Below, piece after piece: positions 24,953 through 32,652 of a DNA stretch of 36,142 nucleotides. This DNA is from Planctomycetota bacterium (GTDB lineage Bacteria > Planctomycetota > DG-23 > DATKVD01): contig JBBIVY010000025.1 in NCBI GenBank assembly GCA_037439485.1, positions 1-36,142 of the forward strand, written 5' to 3'. The first letter of the stretch is position 1. The number at the start of each line of letters is the position of its first letter. The notes below the pieces were generated by a model, which was given only the letters and a program-made list of their open reading frames with translations, was not told where the DNA came from and ran no database searches. The position numbers were made by a program, and so were the translations under genes.

Positions 24953-27595
24953 GTGCGGCGATTCCTTCTCATTGTAGTCATCGCGGTTTCATCGTGCGGC
25001 GTCACGTTTGCGCAGGCGCCCGATCGGAGCGGGATCGCCCCGGAGGCGCTGGCCGACGCGAAGAAGGCGCTCGCGGACTACGAGGCGCGGGTGGCGAAAC
25101 TCCGCGGCTCGTCCGACGCGAACGTGAAGGCGTTTCTTCCCACGGCCGAGTATCTCTGCATCGGCCTGCGCAATTTCATCGACCCCGCGCCCTGGGAGGC
25201 GGCGAACGGCCAGCCGCTCATCGCGCCTGCCGACGACCAGCGATACGCGAAGGTGGGGCGCATCTCCTTCGTGAAGGGGATTGCGTCGGAACTCGACAAG
25301 ATTCTGCCGGAACTCGAAGCCGGCAGGAACCCGTACGTGAAGTACTCGGGATCGACGCTCGTCGCCTATCGCTCATCTTTGGACGGCCGGCTCCTTGCGG
25401 TGCGCATGGCGATTCCGGCGGGTTACGACCCGGCGAAGTCGTACGGGTTGAAGTATCAGAACAGCTCGTCAAGCGGCGTCACGGGAAACGCCCAGCGGCC
25501 TCTCTATATTCGCTACGCCGATTCCACACGGGCCGACGTTCTCTCGGCCGTTATCAGCGATCGAGGCGAATGCAATTACGGCAACGACATTCACGAGCAG
25601 GAGACGGTGGAGGCGTTGGGCGAACTGATTCGGATGTTCCACGTCGACCCGGCGCGGATCGTGAAGGAAGGCGGGTCGAAGGACGGATACACCTCCGTCT
25701 CCATCGCCATCCATTACCCGCACCTGCTGGCGGCGACCTTCGCCGACACGGCGAACTCCCTGCCGGACGGATCGATCGATTCGAGGCCTCTTCCGTGCTA
25801 TGCGCCGTTCCGCGACCAGATGAACGCGTTCATCATGGCCGACAACCTCTACGACCTGCCGTCGGTGATTGCCACCGGGTTCGACGGCGACCACCTGAAC
25901 ACGCTGACGATGGGGGCGCTGCTGGAGAAGCTCAACGCCCCGAACAAGATCCTCCGGATCGTGACCGAGGACGGCCACGGAGTCTCGGGCCGGTCGTATG
26001 CGGAGTTCGGGAAATGGCTGCCCGAGCAGCGGCTCGACCCGTATCCGAAACGCGTCTACGTCAGCACGAGCACGCTGCGCTACAACAAGTTCTACTGGGT
26101 GGAACTCGACCGCCTGGAGCACGAGAACCGGTTCGCGCGGATGCGCGTGGACGCGCTTGCCGGCAATCGTATCGAGGTCGAAACGCATAACGTCGTGCGT
26201 TTCTCGCTGGTGACGCTCGACAAGCTCGTGGATGCGGGGAAGCCGGTGGCGCTGGAGATTGACGACCAGCGGCTCGCGCCGGTGATGCCCGCGGCGGGGG
26301 AACTGCACTTCGCCCGAAAGGATGGCAAGTGGGCCGCCGCCGCGACGCGCTCCGACGGCGGGGTCGTGAAGAAGCACGGGCTCGCCGGCCCGATGATGGA
26401 CGGGTGGATTCAGCCCTGTCTTCACGTCATCGGCACGCTCGGCGGCGACGAGGAGACGGCGCGCCTGCGTGAGATGATGATGACGGAAGTGCGGTTCCTG
26501 CGCAGCGAGACCTGCGGCTTCCGCTCGATGGATCACGCCGTCAAGCTCGACACGCAGGTGACCGCCCAGGACATCCGCGACCGCAACCTCATCCTCTGGG
26601 GGAGCGAACGGACGAACAGGCTCATCCGCGACGTGAACGGGAAGCTGCCGGTGCGGCTCGACGGGAACAAGGTCGTCGTTGGCTCACGGAGCTATGAATA
26701 TGACGACGTCGGCCTCGCGCTCATCTACCCGAATCCGCTCAACCCCGAACGCTACGTGATGGTCTTCTCCGGCAACACGTGGATGGCCCAGGAGGCCGGC
26801 TGGATCAGCCAGTGGAGCGACGACAAGGCGGTGAAGACGGTCAACTACTTCAAGATCGGCAACGGATACCCGATGCTGCCGGACTACTTCATCTTCCGGC
26901 AGAACCGGAAGGGCCTGTCGCCTACCTGGGGCGCGACCTTTGCCAACCCGGCTACGAGCGTCCTCGAAGGCGGGTACTTCGACGCCGATTGGAAGCTGAC
27001 GGACGACGACGCCTTCGCGTGGCGGAACCCGGCGCCTCAGACGAATGCGCCGCTGTCCGTGCCGAAGTGCGTGCGTCCCGCCGTGCCCGCGCGCGCGATC
27101 GGGGCCTCGACGGACGAGAAGCCCCCGGTGATGACGGCGACGCCCGGCACGCTGAAGCTCGGCGCGGCGGAGGAGAAAGACGGCCTCCTCTATCACTTCT
27201 CGGCGGCGCATCGGGGCCGGTTCTTCTACCGCGAGTTTGGGTCGGTCTTCACGAGCCCGGAGAAGCTCATCGTCCTTGAAGTGCGGGTGACGAACAAGTC
27301 CGCGGGCAAGGCGTTCGTCTATCCCGCGCTCAAGACGGAGGACGCGCCCGCGCTGGAACTCGCCGGAAAGCAGGTGAAGCCTTTCGCCCTGCGCACCGAG
27401 CAGGCGTTCCCGGCGACGGACCCGGGCGAGGGATTCCGGATCGTCTTCCTCTATCGCGCGGACGCGGCGAAGGCCGACAAGCTCGTTGTGAAGGGCGTCG
27501 GCCTCAAGAAGGATCTCGCGCTTTCACTCTCCGGCGCCGACCTCGTCGATGGAGACTACAACCCGGATCGCCTGACGGAAGGCGCGACGTGGTAG
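24953..27595 (+). CDS. Secreted protein of unknown function, 880 aa. Paralogue B, with an extra C-terminal domain of about 250 aa.
   Basis: GTG start 10 nt after paralogue A's stop, with a GGGGG RBS. Signal peptide MRRFLLIVVIAVSSCGVTFAQA. Conserved blocks are shared with paralogue A. Confidence 0.7.
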   Translation: MRRFLLIVVIAVSSCGVTFAQAPDRSGIAPEALADAKKALADYEARVAKLRGSSDANVKAFLPTAEYLCIGLRNFIDPAPWEAANGQPLIAPADDQRYAKVGRISFVKGIASELDKILPELEAGRNPYVKYSGSTLVAYRSSLDGRLLAVRMAIPAGYDPAKSYGLKYQNSSSSGVTGNAQRPLYIRYADSTRADVLSAVISDRGECNYGNDIHEQETVEALGELIRMFHVDPARIVKEGGSKDGYTSVSIAIHYPHLLAATFADTANSLPDGSIDSRPLPCYAPFRDQMNAFIMADNLYDLPSVIATGFDGDHLNTLTMGALLEKLNAPNKILRIVTEDGHGVSGRSYAEFGKWLPEQRLDPYPKRVYVSTSTLRYNKFYWVELDRLEHENRFARMRVDALAGNRIEVETHNVVRFSLVTLDKLVDAGKPVALEIDDQRLAPVMPAAGELHFARKDGKWAAAATRSDGGVVKKHGLAGPMMDGWIQPCLHVIGTLGGDEETARLREMMMTEVRFLRSETCGFRSMDHAVKLDTQVTAQDIRDRNLILWGSERTNRLIRDVNGKLPVRLDGNKVVVGSRSYEYDDVGLALIYPNPLNPERYVMVFSGNTWMAQEAGWISQWSDDKAVKTVNYFKIGNGYPMLPDYFIFRQNRKGLSPTWGATFANPATSVLEGGYFDADWKLTDDDAFAWRNPAPQTNAPLSVPKCVRPAVPARAIGASTDEKPPVMTATPGTLKLGAAEEKDGLLYHFSAAHRGRFFYREFGSVFTSPEKLIVLEVRVTNKSAGKAFVYPALKTEDAPALELAGKQVKPFALRTEQAFPATDPGEGFRIVFLYRADAAKADKLVVKGVGLKKDLALSLSGADLVDGDYNPDRLTEGATW

Positions 27596-27617
27596 TCCTG
27601 CACTTGGAGGGATGGTT

Positions 27618-29138
27618 ATGAGACGCAGCCTGGTGTTGTTGACGTTCGTGCTGGTTTTCGGTCTTGCGGGAGCCGCCTCATCCGACGTAACTCTTGCCCC
27701 GCTCTTTAAGGACGGCATGGTCCTGCAGCAGGGGATGAAGTGCCCCGTGTGGGGAACCGCCGCGCCGGGGGAGGACGTGGTCGTTGAGATCGGCGGGAAG
27801 AAGTTCTCCGCCAAGGCCGACGACAAGGGCGAGTGGATGGTCCGCCTCGACGCGATGAATCCGGGCCCGGCACTCGAAATGAGCGTCACGGGGAAGAACG
27901 CGGTGAAGATTTCGGATGTCCTCGTGGGCGAGGTCTGGGTTTGCTCGGGCCAGTCGAACATGGAGTTTTCCACGAGGAACGCCGTCAACGGGCCGGAAGA
28001 GGTCAAGGCGGCGGACTATCCGGGCATCCGGCTCTTCAACGTGCCCAACCGCGTGTCGGACAAGCCCGAAGCGCAGTGCGGCGGCCGGTGGATCACGTGC
28101 TCCCCGACGACGGCGGCCGGATTCACGGCGGTGGGGTATTTCTTCGGGCGCGAGCTTCACAAGCAACTCAACGTCCCGGTCGGCCTCATCCAGAGCGACT
28201 GGGGCGGCACTCCCGCGGAGGCGTGGACGCCTCGCACCGGGTTCCAGGGCGATCCGACGCTGAAAGGCATTCTGGAACGCTGGGACAAAGCCGTTGCCGA
28301 CCATCCCGACGCGAAGAAGAAGTTCGACGACGCGATGGAGGCCTGGCGCAAGGACGTGGAGAAGGCGAAGGCCGAGAACCGCAAGGAGCCGCCGCGTCCG
28401 GGGCCGGTTCAGGGCAGTTGGACGTTCAGTTCGCCGACGGGCCTCTATAACGGCATGATCCAGCCGCTCGTGCCTTACGGCATCCGCGGGGCCATCTGGT
28501 ATCAGGGCGAGGCGAACGCCGGCCGGGCGGAGCAATACCAGGCGCTGCTTTCCGCGATGATCGGCTCCTGGCGCTCGGCGTGGGGCGAAGGCGATTTCCA
28601 CTTCGGCATCGTGCAGCTTGCGAATTTCATGGCCGTGAAGCCCGACCCGTCCGACAGCGGCTGGGCGCGTCTCCGCGAGGCGCAGGCGTTCACCGCCGAG
28701 AAGGTCGCGAACTGCGGCCTGGCGCTCGCCATCGACATCGGCGACGCGAAGGATATCCACCCGAAGAACAAGCAGGAAGTCGGCCGGCGCCTCTCGCTCT
28801 GGGCGCTGGCGAAGGTCTACGGGAAGACCGTGGAATACTCCGGCCCGGTCTATGAGTCGATGAAGGTCGAAGGCGACAAGATTCGCATCGCGTTCACGCA
28901 CCTCGGAGGCGGCCTCGAATCGAAGGGCGGAGAGCCGGTGAAGGGATTTGCCATTGCGGGCGATGACGGCAAGTTCGTCTGGGCCGACGCGAAGATCGAC
29001 GGCGGCTCCGTTGTGGTTTCGAGCGCCCAGGTGGCGAAGCCCGTTGCGGTGCGCTACGCGTGGGCCGATAACCCCGTGTGTAATCTCTACAGCAAGGACG
29101 CCCTGCCCGCGGTGCCGTTCAGAACGGACGGCAGGTAG
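27618..29138 (+). CDS. Sialate O-acetylesterase (SASA/SIAE family SGNH-type carbohydrate esterase), secreted
   Basis: VWVCSGQSNMEF catalytic GQSNM motif. C-terminal YAWADNPVCNLYSKDALPAVPFRTD typical of SIAE. GGAGG sits 7 nt before the ATG at 27618; the track's earlier ATG at 27612 is too close to the RBS. Confidence 0.8.
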   Translation: MRRSLVLLTFVLVFGLAGAASSDVTLAPLFKDGMVLQQGMKCPVWGTAAPGEDVVVEIGGKKFSAKADDKGEWMVRLDAMNPGPALEMSVTGKNAVKISDVLVGEVWVCSGQSNMEFSTRNAVNGPEEVKAADYPGIRLFNVPNRVSDKPEAQCGGRWITCSPTTAAGFTAVGYFFGRELHKQLNVPVGLIQSDWGGTPAEAWTPRTGFQGDPTLKGILERWDKAVADHPDAKKKFDDAMEAWRKDVEKAKAENRKEPPRPGPVQGSWTFSSPTGLYNGMIQPLVPYGIRGAIWYQGEANAGRAEQYQALLSAMIGSWRSAWGEGDFHFGIVQLANFMAVKPDPSDSGWARLREAQAFTAEKVANCGLALAIDIGDAKDIHPKNKQEVGRRLSLWALAKVYGKTVEYSGPVYESMKVEGDKIRIAFTHLGGGLESKGGEPVKGFAIAGDDGKFVWADAKIDGGSVVVSSAQVAKPVAVRYAWADNPVCNLYSKDALPAVPFRTDGR

Positions 29139-29153
29139 GAGGATAGAGGCGCC

Positions 29154-30461
29154 GTGTTCCGGAATCGTCCGCCGAAGATCGCGGTCATCGGCGCCGGCTC
29201 GTCGAGCTTTTCGAGCCTGCTGGGCGATCTCGTCTCGTGCCGGGACCTCGACGGCGCGCGCGTGGCGCTCGTGGACATCGACGCCGAGGCGGTGGACCTG
29301 GCGGAGCGCCTGGGCCGGCGGATGTCGCGCGAGTGGGGCCGGGGCACGCAGGTCTCGGCCTATGACGACCGGTGCGAGGCGCTCAAGGACGCGGACTTCG
29401 TCGTCCTTCTCGTCGGCGTGGGCGGCGTCAAGGCGTGGAAGCAGGACGAGGCCATTCCGGCGAGGCACGGTTTCCACGGCCATTCCTGCGACACGACCGG
29501 CGCCGGCGGGCTCTTCCGCGGCCTCCGGGTGATTCCCTCGATCCTCGACGTCTGCCGCGACGTCGAGCATGTCGCCCCGCGCGCGCTCGTCATCAACTAC
29601 TCGAACCCCGTGACCGCCGTCTGCCGCGCGATCCGCAAGGCATCGTCGGCGAACGCCGTGGGCCTGTGCACGGCGGGGTTCCCTCCGACGCAGGTCGCGC
29701 GGTTTCTGGACATCCCCCGCGATCGCGTGGACGTCATCTCGGCGGGGCTCAACCACTGCGTCTGGGCGCTCAAGGTCTTCATCGACGGCGAGGAGAAGAC
29801 GCAGTATTTCTACGACGCCGTGCGCAAACGCGAGGCGAAGTCGTTCTACGCGTCGAGCGTCGAGATCCTCGACCTCTTCGGCGTCTGGCCGATGCCCGGC
29901 GCGGGGCACGTCGCGGAATTCTTCCCGTGGTTCTTCGGCCCCGAGAAGGACGGGCGCGACGACGGGCGCTACCCGATGCGCGAGGACCGCATCGACTGGG
30001 CCTCCCGTCTCAAGCGCGAGCGCGAGCGCCTTCGCCGCATCCACGCCCGGGCCAACGGCCTCGAACCCCTCGGCGGCCCCTCGGAGGAGAGTCCCGCGGA
30101 CGCCGTGCGGATGATGGCGTCGATTTGGCATAATCGCCCGGCGCGCTTCTACGCCGACGTGCCCAACGGCGGGACCGTGCCGAACCTGCCGATCGAGTCG
30201 ATTGTGGAGGTGCCGGTCATCGCCGACGCCTCCGGCGTGCGCGCGGTGGAGGTCGGGCCGCTGCCGCCGCAGGTCGCGGGGTTCATGCAGGCCCGCTGGG
30301 CCTATAACGAAATCCTGGCCGACGCCGCGATTCAGAAGTCGAAAGCACTTGCATTAAGGTGCCTCGTCGCGGATACTAACACGACGAGCATCAGCCGGGC
30401 GAGGGCCTGCGTCGACGCGATGTTCCGAGCGCAGCGTGAGTTCCTTGCCGGCTACAAGTGA
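29154..30461 (+). CDS. Glycoside hydrolase family 4 (NAD+/divalent-metal-dependent glycosidase)
   Basis: N-terminal KIAVIGAGSSSFS Rossmann motif. Overall GH4 architecture (..NYSNPV..CTAG..GLNHCVW..). GTG start 4 nt after GAGG. Confidence 0.8.
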   Translation: MFRNRPPKIAVIGAGSSSFSSLLGDLVSCRDLDGARVALVDIDAEAVDLAERLGRRMSREWGRGTQVSAYDDRCEALKDADFVVLLVGVGGVKAWKQDEAIPARHGFHGHSCDTTGAGGLFRGLRVIPSILDVCRDVEHVAPRALVINYSNPVTAVCRAIRKASSANAVGLCTAGFPPTQVARFLDIPRDRVDVISAGLNHCVWALKVFIDGEEKTQYFYDAVRKREAKSFYASSVEILDLFGVWPMPGAGHVAEFFPWFFGPEKDGRDDGRYPMREDRIDWASRLKRERERLRRIHARANGLEPLGGPSEESPADAVRMMASIWHNRPARFYADVPNGGTVPNLPIESIVEVPVIADASGVRAVEVGPLPPQVAGFMQARWAYNEILADAAIQKSKALALRCLVADTNTTSISRARACVDAMFRAQREFLAGYK

Positions 30462-30487
30462 AGCGGCGGGATTTCAAGGAGGTCTCC

Positions 30488-30643
30488 ATGACGTTGAAGC
30501 GGCTTTTCTTCGCGGCGGCCCTCCTGGGGATGGCCCTGGCGTGGATGGGTTGCCAGTCGGACTCGTCCAACAGCAAGTCCGGCGGCACGTTGCCCCCTCA
30601 TTACGTGAAGGGGGAGGGCTATGACCCCGGCCCCGGTAAATAG
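30488..30643 (+). CDS. Candidate small lipoprotein, 51 aa
   Basis: AAGGAGG lies 5 nt upstream of the ATG. MTLKRLFFAAALLGMALAWMGC signal peptide with a lipobox (MGC), then a Ser/Gly/Pro-rich tail. The track's longer 61-aa form starts inside the GH4 stop region with no RBS. Confidence 0.4.
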   Translation: MTLKRLFFAAALLGMALAWMGCQSDSSNSKSGGTLPPHYVKGEGYDPGPGK

Positions 30644-30709
30644 TTAGTTCCCTCCATCGTGTCGGGGCGGTTTTGCCCTTCGGCTCAAAAATTATGTCTT
30701 TCTCCCTTT

Positions 30710-30826
30710 GACCTGATATGATAACCGTGTGAGGCTCTCCTTGCCCGGTGGGCGTTAGGGTGTCGTGACAACACCATTCTAACAACCCCACCGGCGGGAG
30801 ACCTCACACGGTTATCGTATCAGGTC
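30710..30826. repeat. About 115-nt near-perfect extended hairpin/palindromic element: an outer stem of about 30 bp with one G-U and one bulge, an inner 9-bp stem and a nested apical stem-loop. Candidate structured ncRNA or MITE-like/recombination scar element.
   Basis: Left arm gacctgatatgataaccgtgtgaggctctcc (30710-30740) is the reverse complement of ggagacctcacacggttatcgtatcaggtc (30797-30826) with 1 mismatch and a 1-nt bulge. Inside, cccggtggg pairs with cccaccgg, and gttagggtgt...acaccattctaac forms an apical hairpin. Confidence 0.6.
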
Positions 30827-30889
30827 AGGCCGGGCGCCCGCCTCGTCTCGGCGGAAGAGGACGTCGCAACACCAAGCCTGCCGGAGTTT

Positions 30890-31391
30890 GAGCTCGAAGA
30901 ACGGGTCAACTTCGAGCTATCGGTCCTTGAAATCCCGCTCTTCGCCCACCCGGCGGCGATTGTGCGCCAATCCTTCGGTTGTTATCCTGAGCGAAGCGAA
31001 CGATCTACGCGGACTTGCGAGAAAGCCCTCGTGGCATCCGGCGGCTCTCCCCGAATTGCCGGCCGGATTCCTCGGCCCGCTGAAGCGGGTCTCAGAATGA
31101 CAGCTCTAGCGGAGGAGTTGCCGCGGTTGCTCGGCAAGCGCGGCCGCATGTTGCGGGATATTGGCCACCACCCGCGGCGCCCCGACGAAGAACGGAGAGA
31201 TCATGCAGTTCGTCACCCTCGAAGACGAGACCGGCGTCTTCGAGGTCACGCTCTTCCCGAATATCTATTCCCGCGTCCGCCGGCTCCTGAGCGATGGCGG
31301 CCCATATCTCGTCGAAGGCCGCGTTGAGGAGCAATACGACTCGCTCTCGGTCAATGCCTGGCGGTTCGAGCAAACCGGTGCTGAGGAGTGA
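30890..31391 (+). pseudogene. Frameshifted C-terminal remnant (about the last 150 codons) of a DnaE-family DNA polymerase III alpha / error-prone DnaE2 (ImuC). The 5' about 3 kb of the gene is absent.
   Basis: Frame 0 (31135-31391) reads ...LATTRGAPTKNGEIMQFVTLEDETGVFEVTLFPNIYSRVRRLLSDGGPYLVEGRVEEQ..., which resembles the C-terminal OB-fold region of DnaE/DnaE2 (F-x-TLEDETG motif). A different frame upstream (30890-31100) reads ...FELSVLEIPLFAHPAAIVRQ..., resembling the preceding ...SxHPL... segment. There is no start or RBS, and in-frame stops occur at 31098 and 31107. Confidence 0.45.
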
Positions 31392-31504
31392 ATCGGAAGC
31401 CCAGACGGCCGGGGCGTTGCGAGGGAGGGGGGGCAACGGAAAATAATGATTTACGCAGCGCGCGCCGGAGGCTATGATTCGTGCGTCGATAAGAATTTGT
31501 GTTC

Positions 31505-31581
31505 GGGCCCGTAGCTCAGTTGGTTAGAGCGGCGGACTCATAATCCGCTGGTCGCTGGTTCGAGTCCAGCCGGGCCCACCA
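31505..31581 (+). tRNA. tRNA with anticodon CAU. Most similar to tRNA-Ile2 (lysidine-modified, AUA-decoding, ileX-like); elongator tRNA-Met cannot be excluded by eye. CCA is encoded.
   Basis: Cloverleaf GGGCCCG/UA/GCUC-AGUUGGUUA-GAGC/G/GCGGA-CUCAUAA-UCCGC/UGGUC/GCUGG-UUCGAGU-CCAGC/CGGGCCC-A-CCA. Near-identical in arm sequences to E. coli ileX as recalled from memory. Confidence 0.9.
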
Positions 31582-31598
31582 AGTTGTCGGGAGTCGTC

Positions 31599-32366
31599 GT
31601 GATCGAAGACCTGAGTTCCATCCTGCGCTCGTGGCCCTACGGCGAGGGGGCCAACGCCCGGAAGATCGTCGGCGAAGACGGCCGCGAGAAGGTGCAGCTC
31701 CGCGTCGTCATCGAGGGGCTGCACGGTATCCTGCAGTTCGACTGCGACGGCCGCCCCGATGGCGCCCGCCCGCACGAGCGGGAGTTCGCGCTCGACCACT
31801 TCGAGGACCTCGCCGAGACCCGCCGCGCCGCGGGAGGCCCCATGTTCCGCCTGAGCCGCAAGCAGGCCGCGGAGCTTTTCGAGGAAAGCTCCATGATCTA
31901 CCAGCGATACGTCCTCCTGCTGCAGATGAACGACTATGACCGAGTTATCCTCGACACCGAGCGCAACATGCGCCTCTTCCGATTCGTCCACGAGCACGCT
32001 GCGCAGGCGGAGGATCGGGATAACCTGGAGAAGTGGTGGCCCTACGTTCTTCGCGTTCACTGGACCGCGCGGACGCTCAAGGACCTGGAGGCCGAGCGGT
32101 TCGACGCGGCGCTGGAGTCGGTGGCCGAGGCGCGAAAGCTCCTCGCAGAGATGTCGCCTCAGGAGAACGAGGTCTTCCAGGCGGAGATGAAGCGATCGAA
32201 TGAGGCGCTCGACGATCTGGAGAAGACGATCGCCGAGCACCGTCCAGTGAGCGAACTGGAGCAGCTCGAACGCGAGAAGGCCGAGGCTATCAAGGCCGAG
32301 GATTACGAGCGCGCCGCGACGCTCCGGGATCGCATCGCGGAGCTTCGCCGGGCGAGCGAGGCGTAG
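31599..32366 (+). CDS. Hypothetical cytoplasmic protein with a C-terminal UvrB/UvrC (UVR) interaction motif
   Basis: GTG start 5 nt after GGGAG, only 17 nt after the tRNA 3' end. C-terminal ...IKAEDYERAATLRDRIAELRRA matches the UVR-motif pattern. Confidence 0.6.
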   Translation: MIEDLSSILRSWPYGEGANARKIVGEDGREKVQLRVVIEGLHGILQFDCDGRPDGARPHEREFALDHFEDLAETRRAAGGPMFRLSRKQAAELFEESSMIYQRYVLLLQMNDYDRVILDTERNMRLFRFVHEHAAQAEDRDNLEKWWPYVLRVHWTARTLKDLEAERFDAALESVAEARKLLAEMSPQENEVFQAEMKRSNEALDDLEKTIAEHRPVSELEQLEREKAEAIKAEDYERAATLRDRIAELRRASEA

Positions 32367-32534
32367 GGGCGTGGTGTACTAAAACGCGCCACGAGCCTTC
32401 GGCTGCGGAAATTGCTGGCCGTCGAGCGTCGCGAATCACACCGGATTTCCCGCCTCCCTGTGGTCAAAGCGGCCGGAAATATGCCCCGAAACGCGCGAAT
32501 CGTCGGATTCCGGTCATTTCCGGGCACAATATGA

Positions 32535-32561
32535 TTGCATCCTCCGCGCGCGTTTTATAAT
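32535..32561 (+). promoter_or_regulatory. Candidate promoter for the beta-helix gene. -35 TTGCAT, 15-nt spacer, -10 TATAAT.
   Basis: gaTTGCATcctccgcgcgcgtttTATAATggc, about 90 nt upstream of the ATG. The spacer is short. Confidence 0.3.
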
Positions 32562-32652
32562 GGCTCATGGTCAATTGCGTGTGGAAGGGCCCGCCGGGAC
32601 CTCGCGTATCCGCGGCCAGGAAATTGTGCACCCTTTGCAAGGAGTCCGTGCC

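Noticed and set aside
30644-30700. Possible terminator hairpin right after the small lipoprotein ORF (ggggcggttttgccc)
   Set aside because: Only a 4-bp stem and no following T-run. The much larger hairpin at 30710-30826 dominates this region.
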